This document shows, piece by piece, positions 1 through 13,736 of a stretch of DNA of 64,000 nt. The DNA is taken from NCBI RefSeq assembly GCF_009834535.1, contig NC_045697.1, forward strand, positions 60,576,001 through 60,640,000, given 5' to 3'. Below the pieces are notes generated by a model. The model searched no databases. It was given only the letters and a program-made list of their open reading frames with translations, and had not been told where the DNA came from. Made by a program: the position numbers and the translations under genes. Numbering within the stretch: the first letter of the stretch is position 1; the number at the start of each line of letters is the position of its first letter. The DNA is from Camelus ferus. Its lineage: Eukaryota.

Positions 1-900
1 AGAACCCATGCATTCACCCATTTAACAAAAGTATCACAGTCAATACATCATGATACAACAAATAAAATCTAAAAGGCACAGTCCATATAAAAATCTCCCA
101 ACTGTTCCATTAATGTCTTTTTAAGTTGTTTCATCCATAATCCAACCAAGTGTAACTCACTGCATATGATTTTTGTATCTCTTGGATATTGTGTCCTTAG
201 TGAAATGAATGTTGGCTCCATATATTGACATCCCAGAATACATAAATGTAAATGTGATCTTATTTGGGGGGAAAAAAGGCTTTTTCAGATGTAATTAAAC
301 TAAAGATTTAGACAAGTGGTTATCCTAAGTTATCCCAGTGGGTAATAAAACCAGTGGCAAGTGTCCTCATAAGACACGGAAGGGGAAAAGACATGTAAAA
401 TGAAAGGCTTTGTGAAGAAACAGGCAAAGATTTGAGTGATTCAGCACCAAGCAAAGGAGTAGCTGGAGCCACCAGATGCTGCAGGCAGCAAGGAAGGTTC
501 TTCCCAAGGGACTACAGAGGGAGCATGTAGTCCTGATGACATATCTGATGACACCTTGGTTTTTGACTTCTGGCTTACAGAACTGTGAGAGAAAAATTAT
601 AATGTTTCAAGCCACCAAAGTTATGGTAATTGGTTAGGGCGGCCCTGGGAAATTAATATACTTCCCAATCTTTTTTAATTTCAAGGCCATATTTCATGGT
701 ATTGACTTTTTCCCCCAAACCTGTAACTGTTGTCTAGTAGAATGTGTCAAGTCTACTTTTAATTTATTATTTTTCTCATGATTAGAGGTGATTATTATTA
801 TTCTCTCATAATTGAGACAAGGCTTTTATGTTAAGAATATTGTATAGCTTATGCTGTGTTTTATTTCATCACAACAGGAGGTTAATATAATCTTATTATA
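1..900 (-). mobile_element. Old L1 (L1MC/L1ME-type) 3'UTR remnant, interrupted by an MLT1 LTR at ~197-661
   Basis: Both sides of the LTR carry decayed antisense L1MC/ME 3'-end motifs (ccatataaaaatctcccaactgttcc...ataatccaaccaag; catggtattgacttttt...gtagaatgtgtc...tttctcatgattaga). The same motifs recur in the neighbouring copy at 985-1830. Confidence 0.5.
197..661 (+). mobile_element. MaLR solo LTR, MLT1C/MLT1D-like
   Basis: Diagnostic MLT1 blocks: aatgtgatcttatttgg...cagatgtaattaa; gccaccagatgctg...caaggaagg; gacttctggcttacagaactgtgaga; 3' end aagccacc...ggtaattggttagggcggccctgggaaattaatata. Confidence 0.85.
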
Positions 901-984
901 CTGTAGGATAATATATAATATTACATATACACAATATATAATGTAATACAATGACATATAATGAAAACTTATTATACTATAAGT

Positions 985-1830
985 TTGCTAAGTTTTTTGC
1001 CAAATTTTTATTCTGGAATAATTTAGATTTACAGAAAAGTTGCAAAGTCAGTACAGAGAGTTATCACATAACGTTCGACTTGATTACACTAACATTAACA
1101 TCTTGTATACTCATGGTATATTTATCAAAAGTATAAATCAACATTAGTGTAATACTACTAACTAAACTACAGATTTATTCTTATATCAACTAGTTTTTCT
1201 AGTACAGTCATTTTTTCCTTTTTTTCAGAGATACAATTCAGGATACAACTCTGCATTAAGTCATTATCTCTCCTTAGTCTACTTCTGCTTGTGACAGTTT
1301 TTCAGTTGTTCTTTGTTTTTCATGACTTTGACACTTTTGAAGAGATACGAGTATTTTTTTAAGAGAGTCATTCAATTTGTATTTGTCTGATGTTTTCTCA
1401 TGATTTTACTGAGGTTATGTATTTGGGAAAGAACATCATAGAGGTGAAGTATATATGACATCAATGTTGCTTACTACTGGTCATATGAATATTGATTACT
1501 TGGCTAAGGGAGTGTCTGATAATTTTCTCCACTTTAAAGTTACCATTTTTTCCATTCCATATTCGATATTTTGTAACAGAGTCATTAAGTCCAGCCCACA
1601 CTCAAGGGGAGGAGAATTAAGCTCTATGTAGAAGAGGGTTTATCTATTTCTTTGTCTGTCTGTCTATCTATCTACCTATCTACCTACCTACCCACCTACC
1701 AATCCATTATTGAAATTTTTGTTAGGAACAGTTTATCTCTTTTCCTCACTTTTAATTTTTTTCATCATTTATTTTTGTTAGTAGGAATGCGTGGATAGTT
1801 ATTTTATTACTTGGGCTACAATGTATTACT
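985..1830 (-). mobile_element. L1MC4/L1MC5-type LINE-1 3'UTR fragment
   Basis: Starts with ttttattctggaataatttagatttacagaaaagttgcaaag. Continues with catgactttgacacttttgaagag, ttgtctgatgttttctcatgat and aagtccagcccacactcaaggggaggag, all typical antisense L1MC 3'-end motifs. Confidence 0.8.
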
Positions 1831-1871
1831 ATTATTTTCATTATCATCATCACCGCTATTATTATTTCCTT

Positions 1872-2605
1872 AGATCCTGTCCCTGGCACAGAGCTCCTAA
1901 AATCCTTGGGATTTCTTTAGTGGTGAGAACAATAGTGTGTAATTTATTATGTTAATAAGGTGACTTTCGGAAAGTCCCTAGGTAACCTGGCTATTGCCAG
2001 GGAAACCAACCTTAATTATAAAGTCTGAACTTTCAGTCCTATCTCCTGACCTCCAGGGAAAGAGAGGCGCAGGAGACTGTGTTCAATCACCAGTGGTCCA
2101 TTACTTAATCATGCCTTTGCAATGACGCCTACATGAAAATCTAAAAAGATAGGGTTCAGAGAGCTTCCAAGGTGCTGGGAGAGTGGTGCGCTTGGAGAAG
2201 GCACAAAAGCTCCTTGAGTTTTTTCCTTACATTGTCCTATACTTCTCTTCCATCTGGCTGCTCCTGAGTTATAGCCTTTTATACTAAAATGAGAATCTAG
2301 TAAATAAAATGTTTCTCTGAGTTCTATGAGCCACTCTGCAAATTAATCAAACCCAGGAAAGGGGTCATTCGGACCTCTGATCTACAATCAGTTGGCTAGA
2401 AGCACAGGCAGCAACATGGGCTTGCAATTGGTGTCCGAGGTGGGGACGGGGTGGGGCTTGTAGAGCTGAGCCTTTAAACTGTGAGATCTGACACTATCTC
2501 TAGGTAGACAGTGTCAGAAATGAGTTGGACTGAATGATACTCAGCTGATATTGGAGAATTGCTTAGTGTAGTGAAAAACCCCACACATTGTCATTGGTGT
2601 CAAAA
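1872..2605 (+). mobile_element. ERVL-class LTR, MER21-like (5' truncated)
   Basis: cctggcacagagctcctaaaatccttgggatttc; gttcaatcaccagtgg...ttaatcatgcct; aataaaatgtttctctgagttctatgagccactct; gatctgacactatctctaggtagacagtgtcagaa; aaaaccccacacatt. Confidence 0.85.
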
Positions 2606-2609
2606 CTAT

Positions 2610-3143
2610 AATTACATTCACAATGTTGTGCAGCCATCACCACTATTTCTAAAAGGTTTCCATCACTTAAACAGAAACTCTGTATCCATTCATTAAGTAA
2701 TAACTTCCCACTCCCTGCCTTCCTATTCTTTGTAACATCTACTTTCTGTCCCTATAAGTTTGCCAGTTCTAGATATATCATATCAGTGGAGTCAAGTCAC
2801 ACAATATTCATCTGTTGTGTATGGCTTATTCACTTAACATAATATTTTCAAGGCTCATCAATGTTGCAGCATCTATCAAAACATCATTCTTTTTATAACC
2901 TAGTAATATTCCATTGTATGCACATACCACCTTTTCTTTATCTATTGATCTGTTGATGAACACCTGGGTTGTTTCCACCTGCTGGTTATTATGAATAGTG
3001 CTTGAGCACTGGCATGCAAATACCTGTTTCAAGTCCTTTTTTCAAAAAGTGGGAGTATATACCTAGGAGTGGAATTGTTGGGTATTACGGTGATTCTGTT
3101 TAACTTTTTGAAGAATGACCAAAATTTTTTCTATAGTGTCTGC
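2610..3143 (-). mobile_element. L1MB-type LINE-1 3' end fragment
   Basis: acattcacaatgttgtgcagccatcaccactat...tggcttattcacttaacataatattttcaagg...atacctaggagtggaattgttggg. ORF 2826-3032(-) ends ...MSLENIMLSE, the decayed L1 ORF2 terminus. Confidence 0.85.
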
Positions 3144-3149
3144 TTTACC

Positions 3150-3590
3150 GTTTGTTGTTTCTTTTCAAACATTTTTCTGCCTTTTGTGGGTTAATTGAGC
3201 GTTTTTTATGATTCCACTTTATATCTTCTTTTGACTAGGCTTCTATCTTATTAACTTTAAAAATTACTTCCAGAAGGGTTAAAAATATACCTTTAAAATA
3301 GCTTGAGTCTATCTCTAAATAATATACTTTTTCTCAAATAGTGTAAGAATCTTAGAATGGTATATTTCTAATTCCTCCCTATGTCCCTTTTACCTCTATT
3401 GTCAAATATTTCACTTTGACATACATTATAAACATACAATGCATTTTTACTTTTATTGCTTTAAACCATCAGCAATTGCTAAAGCAATTAAACAAAACAA
3501 ATTATACTGCACTTTCAACACTCTTCATTTCTTTTTGTAGATACAAGGTTTGACCTATAACATATTACTTCTGCCTGAAGAACTTCAAAT
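3150..3590 (-). mobile_element. Old L1 (L1MD/ME-like) ORF1/inter-ORF remnant
   Basis: ttttctgccttttgtgggttaattgag...atagtgtaagaatcttag...ctcttcatttctttttgtagat...cttctgcctgaagaactt resemble antisense old-L1 5'-half motifs. Confidence 0.55.
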
Positions 3591-3974
3591 TTAAGTCACA
3601 TTTTGTTACATGTTAAAGATAATTGAAACAGCCTAGCCTCATCATTGGATAAATCATCCTCTCCCGTCCCCCTATTTTGCCATATCCAATTATTTTCTAT
3701 ACTAGTGACAGAATTATTCTTCTAAAGTATCACTCCATTTCCTTTCAAATTTGGTCATTTTCTAGGGTTGTGTTTCTTAGGCAATGATGACACTGCAAAG
3801 TCTTTGCCATTAGCCAGAAACTACAAAGTAAACCTGGGCATTGTTCTTTCCCTCACTACCAGTATAATTCTTTATTAAGTTCTTTGATATTAATTTCTCT
3901 GAAGAGAAAAATATATATTTGACATTAGCTTTGAGGCTTTAATATTTGTATGTGAAACTGCTTCTGTTTATCAT

Positions 3975-4437
3975 AGCCTGTGCTCCAGCCACAATGGACT
4001 TTCTCCAGTTTCTCAAGCCAGTTACATACTATCTGACTACATAAACACATTATTCTTCCTGCAAGAATGTTTCTCCTCACCCTCATCCCCTTTCTCTGGG
4101 TAAATTTTACTTATCTCAAAATCTAAGTTTAATGCTCACTTCTTCAAGAAACCTTCCCTGACTTCCTCCACCATTTATTTGTTCTGATATATGTTGTCAT
4201 AGCACTTTCTTCCTTTCCTTCAGAATACTTACTTCTTTTTAAATGAAATATTTACTTCAGTAAGATTACTTAATTCCTATCTGATCTCTCCAGTGGATTT
4301 TAAACGTCACAAGCACAACATATGTGTGCATGTTTGTTTAACACTGTCTTACTGGCATTTAGAGAGTGTCTGGGACTTATTAGATATACAGGAAATACTT
4401 ATTGAATGAGTAACTATGTAGGAATGAATGAATAAAT
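3975..4437 (+). mobile_element. LINE-2 3' end
   Basis: tgctccagccacaatggactttctccagtttctcaa...tcacttcttcaagaaaccttccctgac...agagtgtctgggactta, ending in the (TGAA)n-like L2 tail (ttattgaatga...gaatgaatgaataaat). Confidence 0.75.
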
Positions 4438-7252
4438 TTTTCAGAAATCTTTCTATCACTTTACGCAACTGAAAAATAAAGCCCAAACTCCTGAGGCTGA
4501 AATGAAAGAATTTTCCACTTTCATTGCTAATCATTTCTCCATATTCAACCTATGCACGATAATATATAAAGTCCTTTCTAAATTACACCTATGTGTATGC
4601 TTTGTGAATATATTTTTCACTGTGACACCTACTTTGCAAACTCTGATGTATTTCTTCCTCCTAAAACCTGCTATCACTACCACTCCATCTGCCAACAGAC
4701 ACACTCAGACACAAACAAAGGCAGAGGCGATTTTCATGAGTATAATTGCACTAAGTGGGATATAAATGTGATCTAGCTAGAGCTGATACAGTTATTTTGA
4801 TAGTAATCTTTCTCCTTAGCTTGTGAGCTTTTGGAGATCAGAGAACATGTATACTTTCTTGTGGGTACCCTGGATCTAATTACTTGCTTCATATATAATT
4901 GATTCTCAACAAGTGTTATCTGCATTAATAGATGTTTATAAACCATTTACAAGCAAATACAATGGATTTTCCATAGTCCCTCTAATAGTTTTAAATTGAG
5001 ATTATGGCTTTATACACAAAGAGGGACAACACATTTACAAACTCATGACATACTGCAAATATTACTCCCTTCTTTTAACCTGTGTTAATAAATTGTGATT
5101 TTTAAATACAATAAAGGTAAACACTTTATGATGCTTGACAGATAATAAAGTGTGTTTTTCAGTTTTCCATTTTCATCTTGATGGATGCAAACATAAAAGA
5201 CAAGCTATTTTGAGACTTGCCACCCACCATTCTTGACCTGTTTAATAGCTTTATTACTGAGGAACATGGTTACTCCAGGGCATCTTAGGTCAGGAAATGA
5301 AGATCAATTGCATATACATTTGACAATGCAGATTGGATTTAGATTAATACAATATCCTAACATTAGAATTTAACTAATTCTGGTGGAAGCAGATTTGTAA
5401 ACATTTTTTTTTACCAAGATATTATGTGCTTCTCAGGGAATACTTATGAAGGATATTTTTATATGATGATGACATTTACAAGAACCTCCAATTATTGATC
5501 ATTTTAAATGTACTTACATACTGCAGACCTTAACTCACTTAATCTTGTAAAATTTAACAGACAGAAAAAAACTGGGACTAAAAAACATTAAGTTATTTGG
5601 ACAAAAAGGTTAAATTACTTGCCTTCACTATCTAGTAAGTAAGAGAGAATATGAACCCACTCTGTATGACTTCACGGATGCTGTTTTACATAGTGCTAGG
5701 AACCAAAGCAACTTAGTGCCTTTCAGCATTTGGAGACAAATGAGTGTATGGGAATAGTAATTAATCATAGGAATAATAATCACCATATAGCTAACCTTAA
5801 TTATATTTGAAAATATTAATTTATTAGAAATAACATCCAAAGTGTTCCTAAAATATTGCTTTATTTTAGTTTGGATAATTTTATAGAAACCCTTGAACAA
5901 CTACCAAAAGGCAAAAAGAAGAGGAGCTTATTATTCAGGCACATGTTCACCTCAGAGAACTGAATTTTATTTTTATATGACTAATCTCAAAAAACAAAGA
6001 CTAATTTCTTAACTTCATTCAAATCTGTCATTTATGCCTCAATTCAAATAATAATCACATATGATTAAATAATATGAAATGAAGTCTTTTTAGTATCAGT
6101 TAACCACTATTGTGTTGTTTTATTCCTCATTCTGTGTTGGTAGTAGACCAAACTCTGTAAACCATACATACAAAGCAGAAACTCTTTTTCTCAGGGAAAG
6201 CAATGATAAATGACAGATAATAATGAAGAAAATCATTATAGTATGTGTCAAGAAATCAGGTTCAGCACAGTTGGTTTCTGCCCAGCACATACTGCCACAA
6301 AGTCCATTGGAATGCAATAACTCACCTCAACTGCATACTGATGGTGGCTGTATGACTGAAGGAACGTTTTAGACCAACTTTACCAGTTGCAATTTTATAC
6401 TACTGCAGAATCTGGAGATAAACTTGGCTCCCTAATTCATCCCATTTATTCCTTAGTCAGCTCTCAAGTTTCCATTCAGAGGAATATTTGCCTTGTATTT
6501 AAGAGATCTTGAACATATTTCAAAATTTCTCTGGGAACATTTCCTATATTGAACACCATTCTCACATGCTCTATTTTATGTTCTCTAGTATTTGTCTACA
6601 TATTAATTAACACATAACCAAGAGACAGAGATATAAGCTAATCATTATTTTACATATAATGATCCTTAATACTTTTAAGAGAATTTTCTTCATCTACTAA
6701 GCCTTGATTCATTCTGTGTAATAAAATTGTATCAACTAACTATTGAGGTTTACCATTAATTTATTGATTCTGCTTTACTTCAATAAATCTAACAAGGATC
6801 GTTTCTTATGATGATGGAGTCCCTCTATTTGATCAAAACCATGCATACAGGATAAAAGCATGAATATAAGAGAACTAAATCAGATGTCTATAAATTGAGA
6901 CATTTTCTCAAGTAAATCATTTGAATGACAAGTTCTTTGGGTACATATGAGAAAAAATAAATAAAAAGACAATGGCAAAGCAGGTTATTTTGGGGGAAAA
7001 AAAAAGGAAGCAGATGAAGGTGGAATGAGCCACTTGGCCAAAATAGTCACTGAAAAGAGATAAGGGAAAATGACAATCAACAGGTTTTAGAAGAGAGTTA
7101 TATGAAGTGAGCTAGTAGAAGTCCCAGGATTAAAATCTAAAATGATGACTTACTTATATTATCATTTTTATTATTATTGAAATGACAGCTCACTCAAAGA
7201 CTAGAAAAAATAAAAATATTCACTTAATTATATAAAGAGGAACTGCCATATA

Positions 7253-10200
7253 TTTTTGGATGACAGTTTTTTATCATATGTTTCAGGTACACAACATTAT
7301 AGTTCAACATCTGTATACACCATAGAGTAAGCACTAGCACAAGTCTCGTCACCATTCATCACCATACAGCTGACCAACTTCACACATTTCAACCCTGCTA
7401 TGGTAACCCCTTCCCCTCTGGTAACCATTAATCTCATCTCTACAGCTATGAATTTGTTTTTGTTTTATTTTGTTTGCGCGTTGGTTTCTTTGTTTTATAT
7501 TCTACACATGAGCGAAATCACAGTATTTGTCTTTCTCTGGCTGACTTATGAATTACTCCACTTGGTATAATACCCTCCATGTCCGTCCATGTTGTCACAA
7601 ATGGCAGGATTTCAATTTATTTTATGGCTGAGTAGTAGTACACATATATTGTATATGTGTATATCCATGTGTATATGCATATATCTTTATGTGTATATAC
7701 TTACACGTACATATATATCACATATTCCTTTATATATAATATCTATATCTATATATATAGATCACATATTCTTTATCCATTAATCCACTGATGAACATTC
7801 AGGTGGTATCCCTATCTTGGCTATTGTAAATAATGCTGCAATAAATGTAGGCATGCATATATCTTTTTGAATTAGTGTATTCATTGTCTTCAAATACCCA
7901 GAAATGGAATAGCTGGGTCATATGGTAGTTATATTCTTTATTTTTTGAGGAATCTATACTGTCTTTCCATAATGGTTATACCATATTACATTCCCACTGG
8001 CAGTGTTCAACGATTCCATTTCTCCACATCTCTATAACTTATTCATTGTCCTTTTGATAAAAGCCATTCTAACAGATGTGAGGTATCTCATTGTGGTTTT
8101 GATTTACATTTCCCTATAAACAGTGATGTTGAACATCTTTTCATGTGCCTGTTGGCAATCTATGTGTCTTATTTGGAAAAATGTCTATTCAGGTCCTCTG
8201 TGCATTTTTAATCGGGTTGGTTTTTGTTCTTGTTGTTGGGTTTTAAAGAGTTTTCTATATGTTTAGATATTAACCCCTTGTCTAACATGTGATTTGCAAA
8301 TGTCTTATCCCATTCAGTAGTTTGCCTTTTTTGCTTTGATGATGCTTTCCTTTGCTGTATAGAGGTTTTTAGATTGATGTAGTTTCCTTTGTTTATTTTT
8401 GCTTTTGTTTTCCTTGCCTTTGGAGTCAGATCCACAAAAACATCACTAAGACCAAAGTCAATCAGGTTACCACTTCCATGTTATCTCCTGAAAATTTTAT
8501 GGTTTCAAGTCTTACATTCAATCTTTAATCCATTTTGAGTTAATTTTTGTGTTTGGTGTAAGACAGTGGTCAAGTTTCATTCTTTTGCATGTGGTTGTCC
8601 AGTTTTCCCAACACCATTATTTAAGACTGTCCCTTCACCATTGTAGGGTATTTGCTCCTTTGTTATTGATTGTCCATATTCGTGTGGTAAAGTCAATCTG
8701 AGATCAGATCTCAACTCTGATCTGTGTGCTGTTTTTGTTTTATTGTAGTTTTATAGGATACCTTAAAATCAGGGTACTATGTATCTCCAGCTTTGTTCTT
8801 CTTTCTCAAGATTGTTTGGCTATTTCAGGTCTTTTGTAGTTCCATACAAATTTTACAATTGCTTGTTCTATTTCTGTGAAAAATGCTATTAGAATTTTTA
8901 TAGGAGTTGCATTGTAGATTGCTTTGGATAGTGTGGACATTTTAGCAATATTAATTCTTCCAATCCATGAGTAGAGAATATCTTTCCATTTTTGGTATCT
9001 TCTTCAATTTCTTTCATCATTGTACTGATCTTTCACCTCTCTGGTAAAATTTATTTCTAAGTATTTTATTATTTTGATGCAATTGTAAAAGGGATTATTT
9101 TTTTAATTTCTCTTTCTGCTAATTTGTTATTAGTGTATAGAAATGTCACAGATTTCTAAAAATTAATTGTGCATCCTACGACTTTTCTAAATTCACTCAT
9201 TAATTCTAATAGCTTTCTTTTTTGTGGAGTATTTAGTGTTTTTAATATTTAGTATTATGTTATCTGCAAAGAGTGACAATTTCCTTCCTTCCAATTTGGA
9301 TGACTTTTATTTATTTCTCTTGTCTAATTGCTGTGGGTAGGACTTCCAATACTACGTTAAATAAAAGTGGTGATAACAGGCATCCCTGTCTTGCTCCTGA
9401 CCTTAGAGGCAAAGCATTCAGCCATTTGTCATATGATGTTAATAGTGGGTTTGTCATTTATGGTCCTTATTATGTTGAGGCACATTCTCTCCATACACAC
9501 TCATAAAATATGAGATATTTTATCATAAATCGATTTTGAATTCTGTCAAATACTTTTTCTGCATCTATTGAGATGATTATATGATACTTATCTTTTAATT
9601 TGTTAATGTGATATACCATGTGTTGAAACATCCTTGCATCTCTGGAATAAATTCCACTTCATTGTGGTATATGATCCATTTAATTTATTAGTGGATTCAA
9701 TATGCTAAGATTTTGTTCAGGATTTTGACATCTATGTTCCCAAAAGATATTGGCTTGTAACTTTCTTTTTTGTGTGGTATCCTTGTCTGGTTTTGGTAAT
9801 AGGGTAACGCTGGCTTTGTAAAATGTGTTTGGAAAGTTTCTCTCCTCTTCAACTTTTTGGAAGAGTTTGAGAAGTATAGGCTTTAAATATTCTTTGAATG
9901 TTTTGTGGAAATTACTACTGAAGTTGTTTAGTCCTGCACTTTTGTTTTGGGGGAGCTTTTTGAGTACTGTTTCCATCTCCTTATTAGTGACTGGTCTATT
10001 CAGATTTTCTCTGTCTTCATCATTTAGTCTTAGAAGATTGTATGTTTCAAGAAATTTATCTATTTACTCCAGGTTGTTCAATTTGTTGTTCACAGTGTCT
10101 TTTATGATCCTTTGTCTTTCTGTGGTGCCAGCTATAACTTCTCTTCTTTCATTTCTGATTTTATTTATTTGGGCCCTCTCTTTTTTCTTGGTTGCTGTAG

Positions 10201-10562
10201 CTACTGGCTTGTCAATTTTGTTTATACTTTCAAAGAAACAGCTCTTGGTTTCATTAATCTTTTCTATTGTTCTTTTTTTATTCTCTATTTCATTTATTTC
10301 TGCTCTGATCTTTATTATTTCCTTCCTTGTACTTATTTGGGGGTTCATTTCTTCTTTTTTTTTTAATTTCCTTTAGATGCGAAGTTAGATTGTTTATTTG
10401 GGATTTTTCTTTTTTCTTGAGTTAGGCCTGCATTGCTGTAAACTTCTCTAAACTTCCCTCTCAGAACCACTTTTGCTGCATTCCATTGATTTTGGTATGT
10501 TGTAATTCTGTTCTCATACATCTCTAGGTATTTTCTGATTTATCCTTTAATTTCTTTGATGC
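7253..10562 (-). mobile_element. ~3.3 kb 5'-truncated LINE-1 (ORF2 post-endonuclease region through 3'UTR), frameshifted and inactive
   Basis: Minus-strand ORFs match L1 ORF2p: 10064-10348 (RKEIIKIRAEINEIENKKRTIEKINETKSCFFE), 9680-9976 (LPQNKSAG...FKEYLKPILLKLFQK...PNTFYKASVTLLPKPDKDTT) and 8208-8435 (DLTPKARKTKAKINK). L1 3'UTR at 7260-7600. Confidence 0.95.
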
Positions 10563-13265
10563 ATGAACTTCTTGTTTAAAACTTTAGCCTTGACATATAT
10601 GCTAGAATCTTGGTTTCTTTTATATTTTTGACTGATTAAAGAAAGTTTTATGTTGGACACCTGATCAGCTTAGTGCATAATCCAGATCTAGTATGTAGTA
10701 GAGAAAATGAACACCTCTTTTCTCAAAAACACATGTTCAATATCCACACCATGAAATGACAGCTAACATTTTTGAGCACCTAATACTTCACCATTGTCAA
10801 TTTAGTATAAGATCAGTATACGTTCCTAAACATCGGTTGGTTCACTAACATTCTCCCCACGCAGAGGTTTACAACTTCATTCCAGCTGTACTCACTATCC
10901 ACACCCGTTCCAGCCTTCCTTAGGGCAACAATTCCAACAATATATGTATTTCCTGATTTCGTTATTGTCTTTAAGTTTTAAATTAACACATTTTTACTCA
11001 ATGTAGCATGAATATGACACATCCCTTGGAAGATTATTTGAATCATGAAGCATTTCACCAGCACTGTATTCATACTTTTGAATACCAGAGATTCTATGAA
11101 TATTCTTTTTTTTTAAGGCTTCAATTCATGTTGAATTAGATTTGATGGACATTTCACATTCATTTCAGAAATGATACAGTTTTCCTTTTTACTCTACATA
11201 TCTTTAGAAAATCACACTGGAATCCTGAAGAGATAGCAAGACACTTCCAACATTTCCTTTTCACCGCATCTAAGTTACTCAGAGTTTTATCTGCAACTCT
11301 GGGGGCCCAACTGCCCCAGTTCTGCTGAAACGATATCATGGCCTGTCATGGTTCAAAGACACTACTTCTGATAAGTCACTGGTTCCTGTTCTTTCTCAGA
11401 AACTCCATACCACTGGGACTATACTGAATGGCATTTTATTGATTTAGTAGAATGTCATTCTAAGGTAACAAAACTGAAAGAATAAAATAGTTGGGCATCA
11501 GCCACAGTTCAGAAAATGAGGTTTTAATGTTAAAACTTGCATATAATCACATTAAGACAATTCTAGGCAAGGTAGAGTGGCATGACATAGCCTCCCAATC
11601 TTATTGATTCTATGCTATCTTTCAAGTGTCATTTTTCTAACTACAAAAATATTAATCTAGTCAAATGTAAAAAAATAAACAGTATTATTTTTAAATAAAC
11701 ATTATTTAAAAAAATAACAATTAGAAGTAATTTTCTCCTATTTTTCTACTTCTCTTCCCTTGAAGGGACCAAGTACTCAGTATGGAAGAGAAGACTGCAA
11801 TAAAGTCAAGGAATTAGTGACGCTGAAAAAGTGGATTGCTAAGGAGTTGATGTTGGGGCTGGGGCAGAGCAGGCAGCAAAGCCAGGGAGACTGCAGTGTG
11901 GCCAGCAGTTGAGGAAGTAACTGGCAGTCAGGAGTTTGAGTGTGTTTCTAGAAGGACAGAGCAACTAAATAAATATAATGAGATATTAAGAGCCAGGCTT
12001 CTCACTATCAGAGAAGGGATTTACAGTTTTGAAAAGGGAGAAGGTGTTACATTGGACTTGGTGTAATTGCTCTGAATAGACTTCCACAATTTATGTATAG
12101 ATATAAATATATGTAGGAATATATATTAGACATTTACTTCTAGCTTTGTCTAGAGGGCAATTCTATGGGTTCTATGATACCCATGTAGCAATGGGGACAC
12201 CAAGTGTGTCGATCTTGGTATGTAAATACCATCCTCTACTGGAAGGAAGGAAGTGTCCTTTAAGAAATGGCTGAATGGTTGACTTCAAGCAGGGAAAGTG
12301 CCAGGTGAAACAGGAACACATTTTTGTGACAGAAATTAAAATTCTTAAAGAAGTACAGAAACATGTCAAAAGCAGACAGAAGTAAGTTCAAAGAGGATCC
12401 TACTTACTACATTTAGGGAAATTTGTTCATCAAAAATGTCAGTAATAATAGCTTATATTACATTAGATAAGATTATAGTTCATGACTCCATACAGATATA
12501 AGTAAATAAACATATGGATAATTTTATGGAGCTAAAGGAAAATCTCACTCTTACGTTAGAAGCAAAATACATATAGGAAGAATTAGAGAAATAGAAAATA
12601 AACCATTATAGTGGACGTTGATTCAGGCAGGGAGACGTTAAAGTAGATTCACAGTAATTTCTCCCAAGACACCAAAAGTTACATGAAGAAAAACCATGAC
12701 TTTTCAGTAGAGAACATTTGCAGATAATTCTGCAACCAAGCCAACAGATCAAAGCTAAACCTTCAGTGAGGTATGAGAATAGGTCCTGTTCTCATGATGT
12801 GGTGAAATGAAAGCACAGCATCATCCTGTGGCATTCCTTCTTGAAAAGTCACAAATTGATTCTACACGTATATATAAGGAAACATTCAGCAGAACTAGAT
12901 TGAGGGAAATCCTTCAGATGGAAAGTCTTACATTCCTGAAAGGAGTCTACATTGTGAAAGGCAGTTTAAGACTGGGGAAATGATCCAGACTGAAAACAAA
13001 ATGAAGAGACATGAAAATACATGATTCTAGATTAGATCTTTGAGAACAAAAGGGAAAAAAAGAGACTGTTGACCTGCTAGCAAAATCTGGGGATTGCATG
13101 GTAATATTGCATTCATGTTGATTTCCAGATTTGCGTGGTTGTGCTGTTTTGTATGAGAATGTCTTGTCTTGTAACATAGGCGCTGTTGTATTAAAGACTG
13201 ATGGGGCATCTTGTCTGGAACTATTTTCAGTGATTCAAAATGGAAGAATGATAACAGGTGTTCAT

Positions 13266-13638
13266 TGCTGGGAGATAATTCTCCACAGTCTTTGCCTTTT
13301 TACATATCTTGAGAAAGATTGTATCCCATGTAAGATCTAGGCTTTTCTAAGTATGCAATCACTCAGTGTTAATAAAGAACCACTGTGTGTACGCCATGCA
13401 TCAGGGTCTGCCTTTTCATCATCCCCACCACTGTTCCTCTAGTAGTGGGCAAGAGGAAACAACAGGACTATGAAGCTAATGTTCCCTGCTGTGTCTTGAG
13501 TGATAACATCTTAGCAAGTAATAATAAAGTCTCTGACCAAAAGTCTCTTGACGTCTACCAGCATCTATAGTACTATGTCGAGGTAACTTGCTAGAATACA
13601 AGCAGGATAAGACTTCAGACCCCTCACAATTCTTGACA
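13266..13638 (+). mobile_element. ERVL solo LTR, LTR40-like
   Basis: TG...CA termini (tgctgggagataattctcca...cagacccctcacaattcttgaca), AATAAA before gtctctgacc, and near-identical 5-bp flanks ttcat/tttat (TSD). Confidence 0.85.
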
Positions 13639-13736
13639 TTTATGTGCAATGAGTAGAATAGCACTGATTGAGCAAACCTGGCAAACACCATCAGCTGGGG
13701 AAGCTGGGCAAAGGCTGTGTAATTTCCATGGCAATC

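Noticed and set aside
9825..10376. Longest ORF (183 aa, hydrophobic, membrane-protein-like)
   Set aside because: It is the antisense shadow of A-rich L1 ORF2. The F/L/S/I richness comes from the T-rich strand.
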